Counted from the first letter of the stretch, positions 1-9,815 are shown. The stretch: DNA of 12,542 nucleotides from an uncultured bacterium (GCA_963822585.1 CAWGIE010000005.1:1-12542); one strand, 5' to 3'. Numbers and translations: made by a program. Notes: a model not told the origin generated them from the letters alone.

Positions 1-411
1 GATCTGGACCTGGATCTCCAGGTGATCTGTGACTGGCAGGCTCAGGCACTGGTAACCCTTATCGAGGAATTCGAGTTCGAGCTGCTTTCCGTTCCTGAAC
101 TGCCGGAGAAGACGCGAGCCTTTGGCATTCGTTGGTTTCATCTCCCGATTGTTGATGTCTGGGTTCCGGACAGGGTGTTTGAAGAAGAGTGGGAGGTGGC
201 AGGGGAGGAGTTGCGGCAGATCCTTCGGGAGGATGGCAGGATTGTGCTCCACTGTCGGGGTGGGCTTGGCCGGACCGGGACCATTGCTGCGCGGCTGCTG
301 GTGGAGTTCGGCATGGACCCGCGTGAGGCTATTCGGCGGGTGCGGGCCGCCCGGATGGGGGCTATTCAGACGAGGGAGCAGGAGGAGTATGTGTTGAGGT
401 GTAAACCATGA
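1..411 (+). CDS. CDKN3-like / dual-specificity protein-tyrosine phosphatase family protein, 5'-partial
   Basis: CX5R catalytic motif HCRGGLGRTG, a WFHLPIVD..P acid loop and C-terminal GAIQTREQE. The frame is open from base 1 (DLDLDLQVICDW), so the start lies upstream of the window. Confidence 0.88.
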   Translation, partial: DLDLDLQVICDWQAQALVTLIEEFEFELLSVPELPEKTRAFGIRWFHLPIVDVWVPDRVFEEEWEVAGEELRQILREDGRIVLHCRGGLGRTGTIAARLLVEFGMDPREAIRRVRAARMGAIQTREQEEYVLRCKP

Positions 412-622
412 TTGGCCAGGATAAGGTCTTTACATGGATCGGTTGACTGGAACCGGTCCGTTGCATCTTAATTGAAATATTTTTAATGGTATTGGGTTGT
501 TGCTTCTGGTATTACTGTACGGGTTTGCTAAAGAGGTCTGTCATTTTAGCCTTATCGGGTTCAGGCAGCGTTTTTGAAAAAGGGGAATCGGAATGGGTCG
601 TCTGACAAGATACAGCAGGGTG

Positions 623-665
623 AAAGCCGCCATGGTCGGTGATATCTGACTGGCGGCTTTTTTTT
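623..665 (+). terminator. Intrinsic terminator-like hairpin
   Basis: AAAGCCGCCA (623-632) pairs with TGGCGGCTTT (651-660), with an inner GTCGG/CTGAC stem, followed by a T-run to 665. Confidence 0.7.
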
Positions 666-719
666 AAGTGCCTATTATAACGGAATACGACTTATTTTAC
701 ACTATAAGAAGGAGCTGAA

Positions 720-2871
720 GTGTCTCGACTCACAGACCTCATTGCACAAGCAAAGTCTAAAAACCCCCAAATGGGGATGGACTTGGAACGCGAATTCAAG
801 GCGCTATCATCACGTCTTGCCTTCGGATTGAACTTCGAACGGCACCGGCCCGAAGTAGTGGAGTTACCTCAGCGCCCGGTACGCAAGGGCGACAAGGTGC
901 GGATCCTCCGGGAGCGAGGTTCGACCGCCAAGGGGGATCAGCGGCTCTGGCTGGTCAGGGGCACAACCAGGGCCAAAGGGAAGCGGGTCGCGCAGCTGGA
1001 GTTAAACGGTGACACCGGGCCGGAGAGGCGGGACGTTCCGGTTGACGATCTGGTGGTGGTTGCGGAATTCCGGGATTACATCTATCCGGGTCTGATCAGC
1101 ACCGGCAAGGTCGAGCGGGGTGGGGACAAGCCTTTTCATACGGTTATCAATGGTGAGAACTACCATGTTCTGGAGGCGCTAACCTACACGCACCGGGGGG
1201 CGGTGGACGTCATCTATATTGACCCGCCGTATAACACCCGTGATAAAGACTGGAAATACAATAACGATTATGTCGATTCAGATGATCAGTACAAGCACAG
1301 TAAGTGGTTAGCCATGATGGAACGAAGGCTTCTGATCGCCAAGAAACTGCTCAATCCTGCAGATTCGGTGTTGATAGTTACGATTGACGAGAAGGAGTAT
1401 TTGCGGCTGGGGTTGCTGTTGGATCAGGTTTTCCCAGAGGCAACCATTCAGATGGTCTCTACTCAGATAAATCCTAAAGGCGTTTCACGAGGAGGAAGCT
1501 TCAGAAGGTCGGACGAATACATTTTCTTCTTGATGTTTGGGGTTGCTCGTCCGGCTCGTTTGCCGCTGTCCAATGAGTGGTCAACGTCTACCCAGATTGA
1601 AGATGAAGAATCTGACGATATAGAAGACGCAGAAGTTTTACCGGCCTGGACTTCAATGATGCGCCGTGGTTCAGAAGCGCGCCGGATCGATCGGGAATCA
1701 ATGTTCTATCCGATCTACGCCGATCCGGATTCGAAAAAAATCGTTAAAGTTGGCTCCGCTCTTCCAAGAGGTGAAAGTGAAGCGCCTCCGATAGATGGGC
1801 TAGTTCCGATTCTGCCATTAAGAAGCAATGGATCGGAGGGGCGATGGCAAATAGGACGCGATGAGCTGATTGTACGAATGAAGCAAGGCCGTGTTAGGCT
1901 TGGCCGCCGGACGGCATACGGATTCGTCGTTAATTACTTGCCTGATGGCGCCTATGCAGAAGTTATGTCGGACAAATTCAACATCAAAGGTTACGCAGAT
2001 GACGGATCACTGATTGCTATCGGAGCGGCTGGTGAATCTTCTCGTATCGCACCGACGCAGTGGAAAATTGCTGCCCACAATGCTTCTGAAAATGGTTCAG
2101 GTCTTCTCTCGCTTTTCGTCCCCGATAGGAAGTTTCCATATCCGAAATCGCTTTATGCAGTAGAAGATGCTCTTAGATTCTTCGTAACTAAAAAATTAGA
2201 AGCTATAATTCTTGACTTCTTCTCCGGCTCCGGAACAACAGCCCATGCCGTGATGCGGCTGAACAAGCAGGATGGCGGCCGTCGGCAGTGCATCTGCGTG
2301 ACCAACAACGAAGTCGCTGCCGACGAGCAGGTTGCGCTGAAAAAGAAGGGCTTGCGCCCCGGCGATGCCGAATGGGAAAAATGGGGCATCTGCGACTACA
2401 TCACCAAGCCGCGCGTGCAGGCGGCGATCACCGGCAAGACGCCGGACGGCGAGCCGATCAAGGGCGACTACAAGTTCACCGACGAGTTCCCGATGGCCGA
2501 AGGCTTCGAGGAAAACGCCGAGTTCTTCACCCTGACCTACGAAACGCCGGTCGCCGTCAGCCACAACACGGCCTTTGCACGCATCGCGCCGCTGCTGTGG
2601 CTGCGGCCGGGCAGCCAAGGGCGGCGGATCGACAAGCTGCCCGCGGAGGGCTGGGAGGTGGCGGACACCTATGGCCTGCTGATCGACCTGGATCAGGCGG
2701 ACGCGTTTCTGCAAGGCCGTCGCGAAGGCCGAAGGCCTGCGCATTGCCTACATCGTCACCGACGACGACCGCCGCTTCCAGGCGATTGCCCGCCGCTTGC
2801 CCGAATGCGGTGGAGCCGGTCCGGCTGTATGAGTCGTACCTGACCAATTTCGCTTTGCCAACGGGGAGTGA
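720..2871 (+). CDS. mod: Type III restriction-modification DNA methyltransferase (Mod), with apparent frameshifts near the 3' end (about 2710, 2805, 2851)
   Basis: GTG start after an AAGGAG RBS. Motifs YIDPPYNT (motif IV), HSKWLAMM, FPYPKS and ILDFFSGSGTT (motif I) are in beta-class order. The C-terminus continues in other frames (GLRIAYIVTDDD; VEPVRLYESYLTNF...NGE*) to TGA at 2869-2871, just before res. Confidence 0.9.
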
Positions 2872-2875
2872 TGGC

Positions 2876-5467
2876 ATGAAGTTCACGCTGAAGGATTACC
2901 AGGACGAAGCGGTCCGCGACGTGCTGGACCAATCTGAGGAAGGCCCGCAAGCGCTGGCATGAGGATGGCGACCGGCACGCCTTCTCCCTGACGGCGGCCA
3001 CCGGCGCCGGCAAGACCGTCATGGCGGCGGCGGTATTCGAGGCGCTGTTTCACGGCGACGACGATTACGACTTCGAGCGCTGACCCCGGCGCGGTGGTGA
3101 TCTGGTTCAGCGATGACCCGTCCCTGAACGAGCAGACGCGTTTTCGGCTGATGGAGTCGTCCGACCGGCTGCATCACTACCGATCTGGTGGTGGTGCGAG
3201 AACACCTTCAACCGAGCGAAGTTCGAGCCGGGCAAGATCTACTTCCTCAACACCCAGAAGCTGGGCAAGAACAGCCTGCTCGTGCGGGGCTTCGAGGCGG
3301 ATGAGGATAATCCGGCCTTCCCGGAAATGCGGCCGGACCTGCGCTCGCACACGATCTGGGACACGATCCGCAACACCATCGAAGACCCGGACTCTGACGC
3401 TCTATCTGGTGCTCGACGAGGCGCACCGGGGCATGGGCAACGCGAGACGAGCGCGCAGAACGACAAGTCCACCATCGTCAAACGGCTCATCAACGGCGCA
3501 GGCGGCGTGCCGGCGATTCCGGTGGTCTGGGGCATTTCGGCCACCGTGGAGCGATTCAACAAGGCGATGGCAGGGGCGCAGGGGCGCAGCACGCTCCGCA
3601 ACGTGGTCGTGGACTCCGCCGAAGGTGCAGGAATCGGGTCTGCTGAAGGACACGATCGTTCTGGATATCCCCGATGAAGGCGGGCGAGTTCGAACGGTGC
3701 TGGTGCGCCGCGCCACCGACAAGATGCAAGGAGTCGACCGAGGCATGGGCCGCCTATGCCACGGCAGCAGGAGAGCCGAGGAGACGTGATGCCGCTGATG
3801 GTGCTGCAGGTGCCGAACACGCCGGACCCCAATGAGATCGGCCAGTGCGCTGGACACGATCTTTCAGCAGTGGCCGGAACTTGCCCGAAGACTGCGTTGC
3901 CCATGTGTTCGGCGAACACACCACGCAGACATTCGGCAGGCATACCGTGCCCTACATCTCGCCGGAGCGCGTGCAGGATCGACACTTGGGTGCGCGTACT
4001 GATCGCCAAGGACGCCATCAGCACCGGCTGGGACTGCCCGCGTGCGGAGGTGATGGTGTCCTTCCGCGCCGGCCAAGGATCGGACCCACATCACCCAGCT
4101 GCTGGGCCGCATGGTGCGCACGCCCCTGGCGCGGCGCATTCCCGGCAATGACCGGCTCAACTCCGTGGACTGCCTGTTGCCGAATTTCGACACCAAGTCC
4201 GTGGACGCCGTTGCGACGCGCTGATGAAGGGCGGCGACGACGGCGACGCGCTCCCCGGCCGGCGGGTGCTCATCAATCCCAAGGAGATGAAGCCGAATCC
4301 GGCTGTGCCTGAAGCGGTATGGGAGAAGTTCGTCTCGCTGCCATCTCAAACCCTGCCGCAGCGCGGGGCAAAGCCGGTGAAGCGCTTGACCGCACTGGCC
4401 CATGAACTGGCGTGGGACGAGCTGCTGCCGGATGCCGGGAAGATTGCCCATGCGGAAATGCACAAGGTGCTGGATGCGATTCAGAAGCGCTATGCCAAGG
4501 AGATTGCAGCTGCCCGCAAGGACGTCTTGACGGTGGAAGGGAAGAGCCTGACCGCCGACATGAAGAACAAAGCGAAATCCTTCGACGACTTCCTGGAAGA
4601 GGCCGACTATGTGGTGATCGAGGACGCCTATCGCCGCGCCGGGCGCATCCTGAGCCCGGATATTTCCCGGACCTACGCCGAATATCTGGCCAAGCAAAAT
4701 ACTGAGGCTGAAGATATGGAAGAGGCGCTGATGGAGGCGCACGCCGATATCGCGGCGCTTGGCTCTGGTTACCAATGTGAAAACCTGCCTCGACGCCGAA
4801 GCGGACAAGCTGGCCAAGACATGGTTCGGCACGTACAAGGCACAGATCAAGGGGCTGTCTGACGAGCGGCAGGAGGTGTATCGCTCGCTCAAGGGGATGA
4901 GCACGGAGCCGGGAGAAATAGACCTCGCCATGCCGAAAGCGTGGACGGTGGCTACTACCGAGCAGGATGCACTTGGCAACAAAAAGCCGCTGCCGACGTA
5001 CAAGCAGCACCTGTTGTGCGACGAGAGCGGCTTGTTCCCGGCTGAAATGAACGACTGGGAGAAGGCCGTGCTGGCAACGGAGATGAAACGTCAAGGTTTT
5101 CAGTTCTGGTATCGTAACCCGTCGCGTCCAAGCCAGGATTCTCTGGGAATCGCCTACACCGAGGATCAGCAGTACAAAATCATGCGGCCGGACTTCATCT
5201 TTTTCTCTATCAATGAGGATGGAACTACCGTTGCAGACATTGTTGATCCCCACGGCACCCAATACGGCGACGCCCTGCCGAAGTTGCAGGGGCTGGCTGC
5301 TCTACGCCGAGGCCTATGGATCGGTGTATCGCCGTATTGTAGCTGTTGCCGAGGTTAAGGGTAAATTGCGCGTGCTGAATATTATGGACCCGGCTGTCAG
5401 GAATAAAATCGCGGGTGCAAAGGACGCGAAGAGTTTGTACGAGGGGACTTTGGCGAACGACTATTAA
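2876..5467 (+). CDS. res: Type III restriction enzyme Res subunit (SF2 helicase + PD-(D/E)xK nuclease), broken by many apparent frameshifts
   Basis: Q-motif start MKFTLKDYQ, Walker A TGAGKT (about 3000-3017), LVLDEAH, SAT motif, KDAISTGWDCPRA, QLLGRMVR, and C-terminal nuclease MRPDFIFF...IVDPHG. These motifs are spread in order over several frames. Confidence 0.87.
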
Positions 5468-5540
5468 TAACGGGGGGACGGCTGGCATATTGTCCTTGGG
5501 ACGAAGGGTTTCGGGGACGGATAGCGGGAGATGAAAGTTA

Positions 5541-6521
5541 ATGACTACAGCCAGCAAGCAGATCCAGAGCGTTGACGAAGCGATTTGTCGGAATATAGAA
5601 TTGCTCGCTGATCAGCGGGCATTGCTATCGCAGAACGTCCTCTCACAGCTCCGGAACCTAGTCGAGGGAGTTGCTGTCCGTCTCCACACAGGCTCACCCG
5701 ATGCCGAATTCAACTACGACGCTGTAGAACCGGCGCTCGCCTTCGTCAAGAGCAGGGGAAAGTTCAACTTCCTCGGCAAGTTCCACAAACTGATCCAGAA
5801 AAGTGCTTCCCACTACACCTTGGACGGGGACGCTTCAGAGCGTTTGATGCTTAAGTATTACGAATACCTCTACCGCATCCGCAGTTTGCTTCAAGACTAC
5901 TGTGGTATCGCAGTGCTGGCGAATCTCGAAGCCTTCCCGGTTGACCTCGATCCGTCGCTGCGGGAGTACCACGAGAAGATCGCCGTAAGGGTTGAGGCGG
6001 TCCGTTCAACTCCGCCGAACAACATCACCCGGGATCGGTATTACATCCACAAAACGCGCCCGTTCTTCGTTGGCGGGCGCATTTACTACGAAGTCACGTT
6101 CTACCGAGCTGTCAACAAGGTGAACAAGTTCGACCGCATCATCGCCTTCACGAAAATCGACATGACTGACAAGTACGCGGCCATGTTGACGCTTCAGCGA
6201 GACTCGATCGAAGTACTCGGCCAGACGATGCCGATCACGATCATTCGCAAATGGGAGGTCTCGATCCGTCCGTGCGAGTTCGACAACTTCGCGCGTCTTT
6301 TGGGCATCGCCATGAAAGTGCGGACCAACTCGGAAGAATATCGCTATCTGATGCACCGCCTGACCGCGAGCTCGGATAGCTTGCTTGACCTTCTTGATAT
6401 GCCCGACAACAAGTACGTGACGGTGAGAGCGGCAGGTACGGCTGACGTCGACAAGCCGCAGGTCTTTCCCGTGCTGGATGAAGCGCGTCGCATCGTGAGG
6501 TCAGCCGCTCCGGGGCATAAT
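5541..6521 (+). pseudogene. 5' part of a large protein (probably RecD-like/AAA helicase family), truncated by transposon insertion
   Basis: A clean 327-codon frame ends ...SAAPGHN exactly at the IR. The last residues GVTTENGI* are read from IR sequence. The helicase call rests on my recollection of this N-terminus; no NTPase motif is present in the retained part. Confidence 0.55.
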
Positions 6522-6557
6522 GGGGTCACCACAGAAAACGGAATCTAAAGTACGTTA
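6522..6557 (+). repeat. Tn3-family 38-bp terminal inverted repeat, nt 1-36 (nt 37-38 'AG' displaced to 8467-8468 by the intron)
   Basis: Removing the intron gives GGGGTCACCACAGAAAACGGAATCTAAAGTACGTTAAG (38 bp). This closely resembles the Tn21 IR GGGGTCGTCTCAGAAAACGGAAAATAAAGCACGCTAAG. Confidence 0.92.
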
Positions 6558-8466
6558 GTGCGCCGGGAGACCGGCAAGGAGTAAAGGGTGCAAGTCCTTC
6601 ACAGTAAAGACATAGCGAGTCACACTGTCCCCGAGTCATGCGTGGTGTATCGTGAGGTACGTCGCGAAGCGTTGACAGGGGTGCGGGCAGGCCAGCCATT
6701 GAGCCGCGAAAGCTTTAAAGTTCAGGGTGCCGACGCTGTTAGCGTAGCGGAAGGCAACACAGTGCAGGGCGTCATCGCAAGCCCATCAATGGCCCTGCGT
6801 GGTCTGAGAACCTGGCATGTTCGTACGCTCCTTGTTTGGGAACCGGGAGATCTCCTGCTTGACCGTCGGTGGCAATATCAACCGACGGCCCGCATCAGGA
6901 AGGCGAGGAGCCGAAGCTGATGATGTACGGGCAGGAGAAGTCAGACTCCTCCATAGTAGCTATGAAGTCGGCGAACAAACCCGTGCAAGCGGGCGCGGAG
7001 TTGATGGAGCCAAGGGGGGAGGCCAAGGGGAACACGGAATGGCTGCGCATGCGCCGGACACAGTGCCGGGAAAGCGTGTCCCAGCGGCTTGACCGTGTGC
7101 GGCAAGCAGCAAAGCACAAGAAGAAGGAACGGTTCACTGCGTTACTGCACCATGTAGACACTGATCTGCTACTGTCCGCGTACTTATGGCTGAAACGAAG
7201 TGCTGCGGCAGGCGTGGACGGCATGACATGGGCGGACTATGAGCACGATCTTGAGGTCAACCTCGTCGATCTGCATCGACGCATCCACAGCAACACTTAT
7301 CGGGCAAAGCCGTCACGTAGGCAGTACATCCCTAAACCGGATGGCCGGCAACGCCCGTTGGGTATTGCAGCGCTGGAAGACAAAATAGTCCAGCGTGCAC
7401 TGGTGGAAGTACTCAATGCGATCTACGAGCAGGACTTCATGGGGTTCTCGTACGGATTTCGGCCAAAGCGTGGGCAACACGACGCGCTGGATGCACTGGC
7501 GGTCGGGATCACTCGCACAAAAGTGAACTGGATTCTGGACGCCGATATCAGCAGGTTCTTTGACACGGTCAGCCATGAATGGCTGATTCGCTTCCTCGAA
7601 CACCGTATTGGCGACCCGCGTGTAATCCGCCTGATTAGCAAATGGCTCAAGGCAGGGTTCATGGAAGACGGGGTGGTAACGGCTACGGAGGAAGGCACGC
7701 CGCAGGGCGCAGTCATTTCGCCATTGCTGGCTAACATCTACCTCCACTACGTCTTTGATCTGTGGGCGAACCAATGGCGGAAACGCCATGCCCTCGGACA
7801 TATGATCCTGATTCGATATGCCGATGATATCGTCGTCGGTTTCGATAACGCATATGATGCCAAGCGTTTCCAGACGGCACTGCACAAACGAATGGAGCAA
7901 TTCTCGCTTTCACTTCACCCGGAGAAGACTCGATTGCTCGAGTTTGGGCGCTTTGCGGCGGCCGATCGTTCCCAACGCGGGGCGAGTAAACCGGAGACCT
8001 TTAACTTCCTCGGGTTCACCCATATCAGTGGGCAAACCACACAAGGCGGATTCCAGCTTAAACGGAAATCGCGCCGAGACCGGATGTGGGCGAAGCTTGA
8101 GGAAATCAAGGTGAGTTGAGGCGGCGGATGCACCATTCCATTCCAGAGCAGGGGAAGTGGTTGCGCCAAGTGGTAAGCGGATACTTTGCTTACCATGCGG
8201 TGCCTACCAACAGCAAAAGCCTAAACGCTTTTCGACACCACGTGGTGAACTTATGGCGGCGGACGCTTCGTTACCGCAGCCAGAAGGATCGCACCCGATG
8301 GGATCGGATCGCACGAATAGCGGATTGGTTGCCACCACCCCGTATCCTTCATCCATGGCCGGGCGCACGCTTTTCCGTCAAACACCCAAGGTGGGAGCCC
8401 GGTGCGTAAATCACGCCCGCCGGGATCTGTGCGGGGGGTTCTCAGTAAGGGGATTCCTACCGCGAT
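6558..8466 (+). mobile_element. Full-length group II intron (probably bacterial class E-like), 1909 nt
   Basis: 5' end GTGCG at 6558. Domain V (GAGCCCGGTGCGT...ACGCCCGCCGGGATC) at about 8395-8427. Domain VI with bulged A, ending CCTACCGCGAT at 8466. RT ORF inside. The flanks rejoin into an intact 38-bp IR. The class assignment is tentative. Confidence 0.93.
6920..8409 (+). CDS. ltrA: Group II intron reverse transcriptase/maturase (no endonuclease domain), one apparent frameshift near 8113
   Basis: GAGGAG RBS before ATG 6920. Motifs AAGVDG, IPKPDGRQRPLGI, SYGFRP, DADISRFFD, GTPQG..ISPLLANIYLH, RYADD and FNFLGF. Domain X continues in ORF 8116-8409, with the stop inside domain V. Confidence 0.92.
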
Positions 8467-8649
8467 AGGATTTTTTGAAAAGCGACTTCCAAATTTCCTC
8501 TACAATCGACTATTATGCCCTTGAGAAGGCCACCGACGGGCATGGCTTTGCCCCGCCAGTCTTTTCGAGCGGGTCGTAATCCTGGTTGGAACCTTGCCCT
8601 TTTATCTGATTAATCTCTATTGGAAGGTAGACCCTGCTGCGGTTTTCTT

Positions 8650-8669
8650 CCTGCAGCGACTTGTTAGCG
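8650..8669 (-). other. Truncated attC site (R'' and L'' half only) of cassette 3
   Basis: Minus strand CGCTAAC-AAGTCG-CTGCAG is a typical attC left end overlapping the corrected PIN-gene stop. I see no complementary L'/GTTRRRY downstream. Confidence 0.6.
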
Positions 8670-9265
8670 TCCACCCGGAATTACATATGAAACCTTCGTT
8701 TGGTTGACCACAACCACGCCCTTCTTAGTGAGTTCCGAAATGCCACTGCGATCTCGGACTCGGAAAGGGACTTCTGGAACATTGAATTAATGGCGCTGGC
8801 TAAGGTTTTTACTGTTCTAGGACGAGCGGCACCGCTCTTTGCAAGAATCCCGATTACCACCGAAACGCGGTCGGTAGAAGACTTTGAAATGGCGGCTTTA
8901 ACTAATGGAAGGCCTGTTACGCACTTCACTCGCCCTACCGACACCTTCTTAGCTTTAAGATGCTCGACAAGAAGATCAAACCCTGTATCTTTGGACACGA
9001 TATAAAAAAAAGCGTCCGGTTCTTTTTCTGAAAGCTTTCCGAGGTAGTAAGCAATATGGAAGTCGAGTGCGTTCTTTCCAGATCCTGAGATCTTGATATA
9101 GGAGGCCCGGTCTCCCATACGCTGCAGTACCGAGGCGACCTCGAACGTTACCTTGGCCTGGTTTGCACCGACGAAGACAATCACGCTAAAATGTTCCTTC
9201 TCAAGAGCATCCATCTCTTCCGGCTGAACATTTTCATAGTCGATAAGAACGTAGTTCTTCTTCAC
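8664..9265 (-). CDS. Cassette 3: PIN-domain (NYN/PIN7-like) protein
   Basis: GTG at 9265 after AAGGAAGGAA. Motifs VLIDYENVQ, GKNALDFHIAYYLG and IVSKDTGFD. One frameshift near 8740 gives ...ISELTKKGVVVVNQTKVSYVIPGGR* ending in the attC R'' box. Confidence 0.82.
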
Positions 9266-9285
9266 TGCAGTTCCTTCCTTATTGG

Positions 9286-9354
9286 CACCAACGGCTCTGG
9301 CCTTGACCTGACGCCCGGCAGTTTGGGCGGTCATGGTCCGAGGCCTTGTTATGC
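9286..9354 (-). other. attC site of cassette 2 (69 bp); cassette 2 = 9292-9871
   Basis: Minus strand GCATAAC...imperfect palindrome...GTTGGTG. R'' GCATAAC is the exact complement of the cassette start GTTATGC (9866-9872). Confidence 0.88.
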
Positions 9355-9359
9355 CTTAT

Positions 9360-9815
9360 TTATGCCTTATGTTTGATTAGCCGATTTATTGACCAGGCAC
9401 AGAAAAGCAAAATACCCCATAATCCTACCGCGCCAAAACCACCGACATAAATGCGTCCAACCAAACTTGCTCCAGCCCAAAAGAAAAACATTGATCCAGC
9501 TATAAACCATCCAAACCAGGGGCTTATATTGAGTTCTCCTTTTACTATTTTCCCACCAGCAATGTGCGCCATTGTAAAAAAGGCAAAAACTACAAGAATA
9601 ATAATAATTGAATGTGTCACTGCTTGCAGGAAACTAACTCTGTTATGTAAGAGAAATTCTGCACAGAAAATATAAAACGCTGCACCGACACCAATAAACG
9701 CACCAAATAGCGCTGTTTCTCCAAATTTCCTTTTCTTGAAATAACCATGGATAATTGATTTGGGTTTTCGCGTCTGTTTTTTGGGAGGTACTTCATTTTG
9801 GGTTGGTGAGAGCAT
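9360..9815 (-). CDS. Cassette 2: hypothetical integral membrane protein (about 4 TM), 151 aa
   Basis: GGAGG RBS, several hydrophobic segments, low GC, bounded by attC sites. Confidence 0.75.
   Translation of the reverse strand: MLSPTQNEVPPKKQTRKPKSIIHGYFKKRKFGETALFGAFIGVGAAFYIFCAEFLLHNRVSFLQAVTHSIIIILVVFAFFTMAHIAGGKIVKGELNISPWFGWFIAGSMFFFWAGASLVGRIYVGGFGAVGLWGILLFCAWSINRLIKHKA

Noticed and set aside
720..2871. Phase-variable simple sequence repeat in mod
   Set aside because: No repeat tract of meaningful length was seen; the frameshifts are isolated single-base events.
2153..5557. Long minus-strand ORFs (e.g. 3864-5003, 4273-5262, 3239-4024)
   Set aside because: They are shadow frames of GC-rich mod/res with no recognisable motifs.
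6588..6920. 110-aa ORF, and the GTG-6869 N-terminal extension of the RT
   Set aside because: Both overlap ribozyme domains I-III. The RBS supports a start at ATG 6920/6923.
6920..8409. RT as a retron, DGR or defence-associated RT
   Set aside because: It has canonical group II intron ends, domains V/VI and a maturase domain X.
6558..8466. Intron as a class IIC-attC intron because it neighbours an integron
   Set aside because: The insertion site is the transposon IR, about 185 bp from the nearest (partial) attC. The 5' exon is not an attC or terminator stem, and two EBS-IBS pairings are apparent.
6513..8520. 9-bp inverted match GGGCATAAT (6513-6521) / ATTATGCCC (8512-8520)
   Set aside because: It is short, with one copy outside and one inside the transposon, and is compatible with chance.
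9266..9334. N-terminal extension of the PIN ORF from ATG 9334
   Set aside because: It runs through the attC site. An RBS and GTG at 9265 lie inside the cassette.
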